Shown here in pieces: positions 60,674 to 64,000 of a DNA stretch of 64,000 nucleotides. The stretch comes from Methylophilaceae bacterium (GTDB lineage Bacteria; Pseudomonadota; Gammaproteobacteria; Burkholderiales; Methylophilaceae). Positions within the stretch are counted from its first letter, which is position 1; the number at the start of each line of letters is the position of its first letter. The translations under genes were made by a program, and so were the position numbers. Below the pieces are notes generated by a model. It saw only the letters and a program-made list of their open reading frames with translations. It searched no databases and was not told the DNA's origin. The stretch covers positions 54,196-118,195 of the forward strand of contig JBJPGD010000021.1 in NCBI GenBank assembly GCA_048595445.1, read 5' to 3'.

Positions 60674-61489
60674 TCAAAGCAACGCTAATTCTTCGTCAGT
60701 AAATCCAGCTTTTCTTCTGGCCTCCATATTAAAAGGCGGACGCATTTTTGGTGCAGCATATTCCACACGTAATGCCTCAAACGTTTTAATGGGGTCTAGT
60801 TTGCGTTGCTCGCAAATCCAGTTGTACCAGTGATTACCAATGGCGACATGGCCAATTTCATCACGTAAGATAATATCTAATATTTCTGCAGCGGCTATGT
60901 CTCCAGCTTGCGCTAGTTTGTTGCGTAAAGCTGGGCTAGCATCTAGCCCGCGCGCTTCCATCGTCCGGGGTACTAATGCCATGCGAGCAAGCACATCGCC
61001 TTTTGTCTTTTCTACCATTTCCCATAAAGCGTTATGCCCACTAAAACTGCCGTAAGCATAGCCCAGTGTTTGTAAGTGATTGCTCAATAGCGAGAAATGG
61101 TAAGCCTCTTCAGCGGCCACTTTCAACCAGTCAATATAGTATTGATCTGGCATATGTTCAAAACGCCAAATGGCATCTAACGCTAAGTTTATAGCATTAA
61201 ATTCTATATGTGCTAAGGCATGAACAAGAGAAGCGCGACCTTCGTCAGTACGCATTGAGCGTTTTTTTACTTCTAGTGGAGATACTAATTCAGGCTTATC
61301 AGGTCTACCAGGGATTTTTTTATTGGCCGAAATACTAATTTTAGTGCTACGACTCAGTTTGATTTGTTTTGCTGAGAAGGCTTTTTGTAGGGCAGAAACA
61401 CCTTCGGTTTTGCGGATATGGTTGTCAGAGAGCAGCCAATTCAGTGCGCTCTGACGAAGTTCAATTGGTTCTAAATAGCAGGTTTCCAC
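60674..61489 (-). CDS. ferritin-like DUF455-family protein
   Basis: 271 aa. Di-iron-type helices (HIEFNAINLALD, EARGLD, RDEIGHV). Confidence 0.72.
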   Translation of the reverse strand: METCYLEPIELRQSALNWLLSDNHIRKTEGVSALQKAFSAKQIKLSRSTKISISANKKIPGRPDKPELVSPLEVKKRSMRTDEGRASLVHALAHIEFNAINLALDAIWRFEHMPDQYYIDWLKVAAEEAYHFSLLSNHLQTLGYAYGSFSGHNALWEMVEKTKGDVLARMALVPRTMEARGLDASPALRNKLAQAGDIAAAEILDIILRDEIGHVAIGNHWYNWICEQRKLDPIKTFEALRVEYAAPKMRPPFNMEARRKAGFTDEELALL

Positions 61490-61505
61490 TAGGCTGATTC
61501 TAAAG

Positions 61506-62339
61506 CTATTTTAGCTTCATGAACTCTAGTGCGCCTGCTTTCATCACAGGGATTAATATGTATTTTCCATCTTTGCTTAATGCAATGTCAGCGGGACTTT
61601 TGAAATCACCTTTAACAATACGTGCGCTCCCTGCAGCTGAAAGGTAGATATAACCATTTTCCCAATCGCTGACATAAATTTTACCTTTTTTTGTTTTGAT
61701 GATGCCATCACCACCACCAAAGCCCTCTGCTATTTGCGTCATTTTCCCGGTACCAATATTCACTCGATATAAAATGCCAGAAGCAAAATCAACAGATAAT
61801 AAATTATTTCGGCCTTCAAATAATAAACCGTTAGGTGCTAGCACTTCTGGTTTGCTGCTATCAACGATGACGCTCACGACACCATCTTTTGCGATTTTAT
61901 AGATGGCACCACCAGAACTCAAATCACCACTATCACTCACATATAAATTGCCATATTTGTCTGCTTCCAGGTCATTTAGAAATTGCGGCGTAAAAGGAAA
62001 TGCCGTTTCTGCAGCATATACTTGCCAGTTACCATCAGGCATTACTTCTAGAATGCGCGTTTTGTCGGCGACATAAAGCTTGCTGTTAATGAGTGCTAAG
62101 CCTTTAGGGTCGTCGAAGCCCTTAGCAAATACGGATACTTTTCCATTCGCGCTTATTTTTTTAATTTGACCATCGCCATCTATATTAAACTCGTTAATTT
62201 CAGAAACGTACAGATCACCATTCTCGGCTTGTACGACAGATTCTGGCGTTAATAGCCCTGTAATTGTTTTTGAGTATAGTGATTTGGCTTCCAAGTTTGC
62301 GATATTTAACATGGCCAGCAGTATGAATAGTTTTTTCAT
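61506..62339 (-). CDS. secreted six-bladed beta-propeller protein (SMP-30/gluconolactonase/NHL-like)
   Basis: Signal peptide. Repeated ..G.LYVSD... blades (DLYVSE, KLYVAD, NLYVSD, KIYVSD). Confidence 0.6.
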   Translation of the reverse strand: MKKLFILLAMLNIANLEAKSLYSKTITGLLTPESVVQAENGDLYVSEINEFNIDGDGQIKKISANGKVSVFAKGFDDPKGLALINSKLYVADKTRILEVMPDGNWQVYAAETAFPFTPQFLNDLEADKYGNLYVSDSGDLSSGGAIYKIAKDGVVSVIVDSSKPEVLAPNGLLFEGRNNLLSVDFASGILYRVNIGTGKMTQIAEGFGGGDGIIKTKKGKIYVSDWENGYIYLSAAGSARIVKGDFKSPADIALSKDGKYILIPVMKAGALEFMKLK

Positions 62340-62359
62340 TTTTTTTGGTTCTCTATTTT

Positions 62360-62926
62360 TTAATAGTACAGCTTATCTAGCGGCAAGTTGTCTAAACTAT
62401 TGCATATCGTGCCCGCTTTAATTTGACTATTTTTATCTAAAGCCGCCAAAAAAGCTTGGTCAACGACTAATTTATCGATGACTTTATCTATCGCTTTTGT
62501 ATAGCTTTTGTCCATGTAAAAGTTTGGCGCCAACCCTAAGCTTCCATTTTGCCGTGCTTGTTTTTTAATGCGTGTGATGGGCTCTCCATTACTCGTATAT
62601 GCTCGTGCGATATACTCAGCGTGAAACACTCGCATTTGAGGGTTGTAAAACATATGCGGCTCTAGCAATAATACAACATCTGCCTCACTATTTTCTGTAC
62701 ACTCTTCCACCTTAGCAAAGCGCTTCTGCAATGATGCGATAGCTGCCTTTTCTGCTAAAGGCCCTTTCATATGCCAAACATCTAGGTATGGGTGTAATAG
62801 GTGTACAGGGTGTAGGTAGTGGGTTTTGGCAATGTGTAGCGCAACATTACCAGGCAATTGCGCTGCAAAAGTGAATGTGATGCAGCTAAAAAATATCAAT
62901 ACTGATTTAACAAGTAATTTTGACAT
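62360..62926 (-). CDS. secreted hypothetical protein
   Basis: Signal peptide MSKLLVKSVLIFFSCITFTFA. I see no recognisable motif. Confidence 0.45.
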   Translation of the reverse strand: MSKLLVKSVLIFFSCITFTFAAQLPGNVALHIAKTHYLHPVHLLHPYLDVWHMKGPLAEKAAIASLQKRFAKVEECTENSEADVVLLLEPHMFYNPQMRVFHAEYIARAYTSNGEPITRIKKQARQNGSLGLAPNFYMDKSYTKAIDKVIDKLVVDQAFLAALDKNSQIKAGTICNSLDNLPLDKLYY

Positions 62927-62944
62927 GGCGTTCCCCTTAAAAGG

Positions 62945-64000
62945 TTAAATGTTTTTATAAGCAATTCGGACAATATAACCGGTTCTATCATCCGTCACGT
63001 ACAGCGCGCCATCTGGGCCAACTGCAGCATCTACAGGCCGTCCCCATGCGCGATTATTTTTAAGCCAGCCCGTTACAAAATCAACTGCTTCTATTGGCTT
63101 GCCGGCACTAAACTTGATGCGGACTAGTTTATAACCACTCAGTTGCTCACGATTCCAAGATCCATGCAATGAGACAATGGCATCCTGTTTAAATTCACTT
63201 GGAAAGTGACTTTTGTCTAAAAAAGTAATGCCAATCGGCGTCGAGTGTGACGTTAAGGTGATAGCAGGCGGGGTTGTTGTTTTACAAAAACCATCTGGCC
63301 CAGGGAAGTTAGGGTCGGTGAACATGACGTTAGGGTTGTCTAAAGATTCCCAGCAGTGTGGCCAGCCATAATGGTTGCCACGCGTAATTAGATTGATATG
63401 TTCAGGCGGCAACTCATCATCGACCTTACCGCCTTTAGTGCTTGAGCGCATATCTGAACCATTATTAGTCGCGAACATTTCATTGGTGGTAGGGTGCCAA
63501 GCAAAACCTTGAGCGTTTCTTAATCCTCTAGCCCAAATTGGTGGTAGCGCATGTCTGCCAACAACAGGGATCGCGCCAGCTGGCTTTCCTTCTAATGTGT
63601 AACGTAAAATAGTGGCGCGTGTAGGACCACTTTCATTACATACGTTGCAGCTGGAGCCAACATTGATATAAAGGTGATTATCGGGCCCAACCTTGATCGT
63701 TTTGACGCTATGCCCACCCGTAGCTAAGTTGCTAATGAATGGTTGAGGAGCAGACCATTTGTCATTTTTTTTGGTAATTTTTACGACACCGTTTTGATTG
63801 GCTACCAATAAACTATCGCCTATAAACACTAAGCCATTGGGTCTGTCGAGACTACTGGAAACCAAAACAGAAGTCTCAGCGACACCGTCTTTATTAGCGT
63901 CCGGCACCATGAGGACTTGATTGTTTTTGACAGAGGAGACAAATAAATTACCTTTAGGGCCAAAGGCCATCATACGTGGTAGCACGTCTAATTTTGCAAA
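62945..64000 (-). CDS. PQQ-dependent sugar (glucose/sorbosone) dehydrogenase family protein, N-terminus outside the window
   Basis: sGDH-type beta-propeller pattern (PR.MAF.P.G.LFVS, GLRN..GFAWHP, GPDGALYVTDD). The frame remains open to base 64000. Confidence 0.8.
   Translation of the reverse strand, partial: FAKLDVLPRMMAFGPKGNLFVSSVKNNQVLMVPDANKDGVAETSVLVSSSLDRPNGLVFIGDSLLVANQNGVVKITKKNDKWSAPQPFISNLATGGHSVKTIKVGPDNHLYINVGSSCNVCNESGPTRATILRYTLEGKPAGAIPVVGRHALPPIWARGLRNAQGFAWHPTTNEMFATNNGSDMRSSTKGGKVDDELPPEHINLITRGNHYGWPHCWESLDNPNVMFTDPNFPGPDGFCKTTTPPAITLTSHSTPIGITFLDKSHFPSEFKQDAIVSLHGSWNREQLSGYKLVRIKFSAGKPIEAVDFVTGWLKNNRAWGRPVDAAVGPDGALYVTDDRTGYIVRIAYKNI

Overview
This is a gene-dense, AT-rich (about 40% G+C by eye) chromosomal window. 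Gene content and synteny look beta-proteobacterial, possibly Methylophilaceae/Nitrosomonadales-like, but that is inference only. I support about 65 protein genes and saw no rRNA, tRNA, CRISPR array, transposase, integrase, prophage or recognisable defence genes. The core blocks are: xseB-ispA-dxs and folE2; pilA plus an O-antigen-ligase-like gene; rppH, psd and ilvI-ilvH-ilvC; a PilB-like ATPase next to nadC; mnmA with a NUDIX gene; maf-rng; yggT-proC-yggS diverging from pilT-pilU; pyrR-pyrB-pyrC'; ruvX-yqgE; ribE-ribBA; lolC-lolD; comEC-exbB-exbD-msbA-lpxK-ycaR-kdsB; sucC-sucD-ankyrin-nadE-glnB; and serB. Three things deserve a second look. (1) A 4.9-kb accessory insert lies between lolD and comEC. 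Its minus-strand ORFs are separated by 64-94 bp imperfect palindromes with RYYYAAC...GTTRRRY ends, which is the architecture of integron gene cassettes and attC sites, but no integrase is present. One cassette carries a 62-73% G+C, frameshifted foreign gene. (2) A tandem pair of about 550-aa paralogues of unknown family sits behind a near-consensus sigma-54 promoter, and both carry a split PilZ-like QRRxxxR...DxSxxG signature. (3) pilA has a consensus sigma-54 promoter with an upstream GTGACA/TGTCAC cluster and is followed by a TfpO/PglL-like ligase, which suggests pilin glycosylation. Smaller oddities are a PyrC' lacking the HxH metal ligands, a RibBA whose GTP-cyclohydrolase-II half lacks its Zn cysteines, a secreted ankyrin protein coupled to sucCD, and a Cys-rich/AKP-rich helix-hairpin-helix protein paired with an OmpA-like protein. 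All family assignments come from motif recognition by eye; no searches were run.
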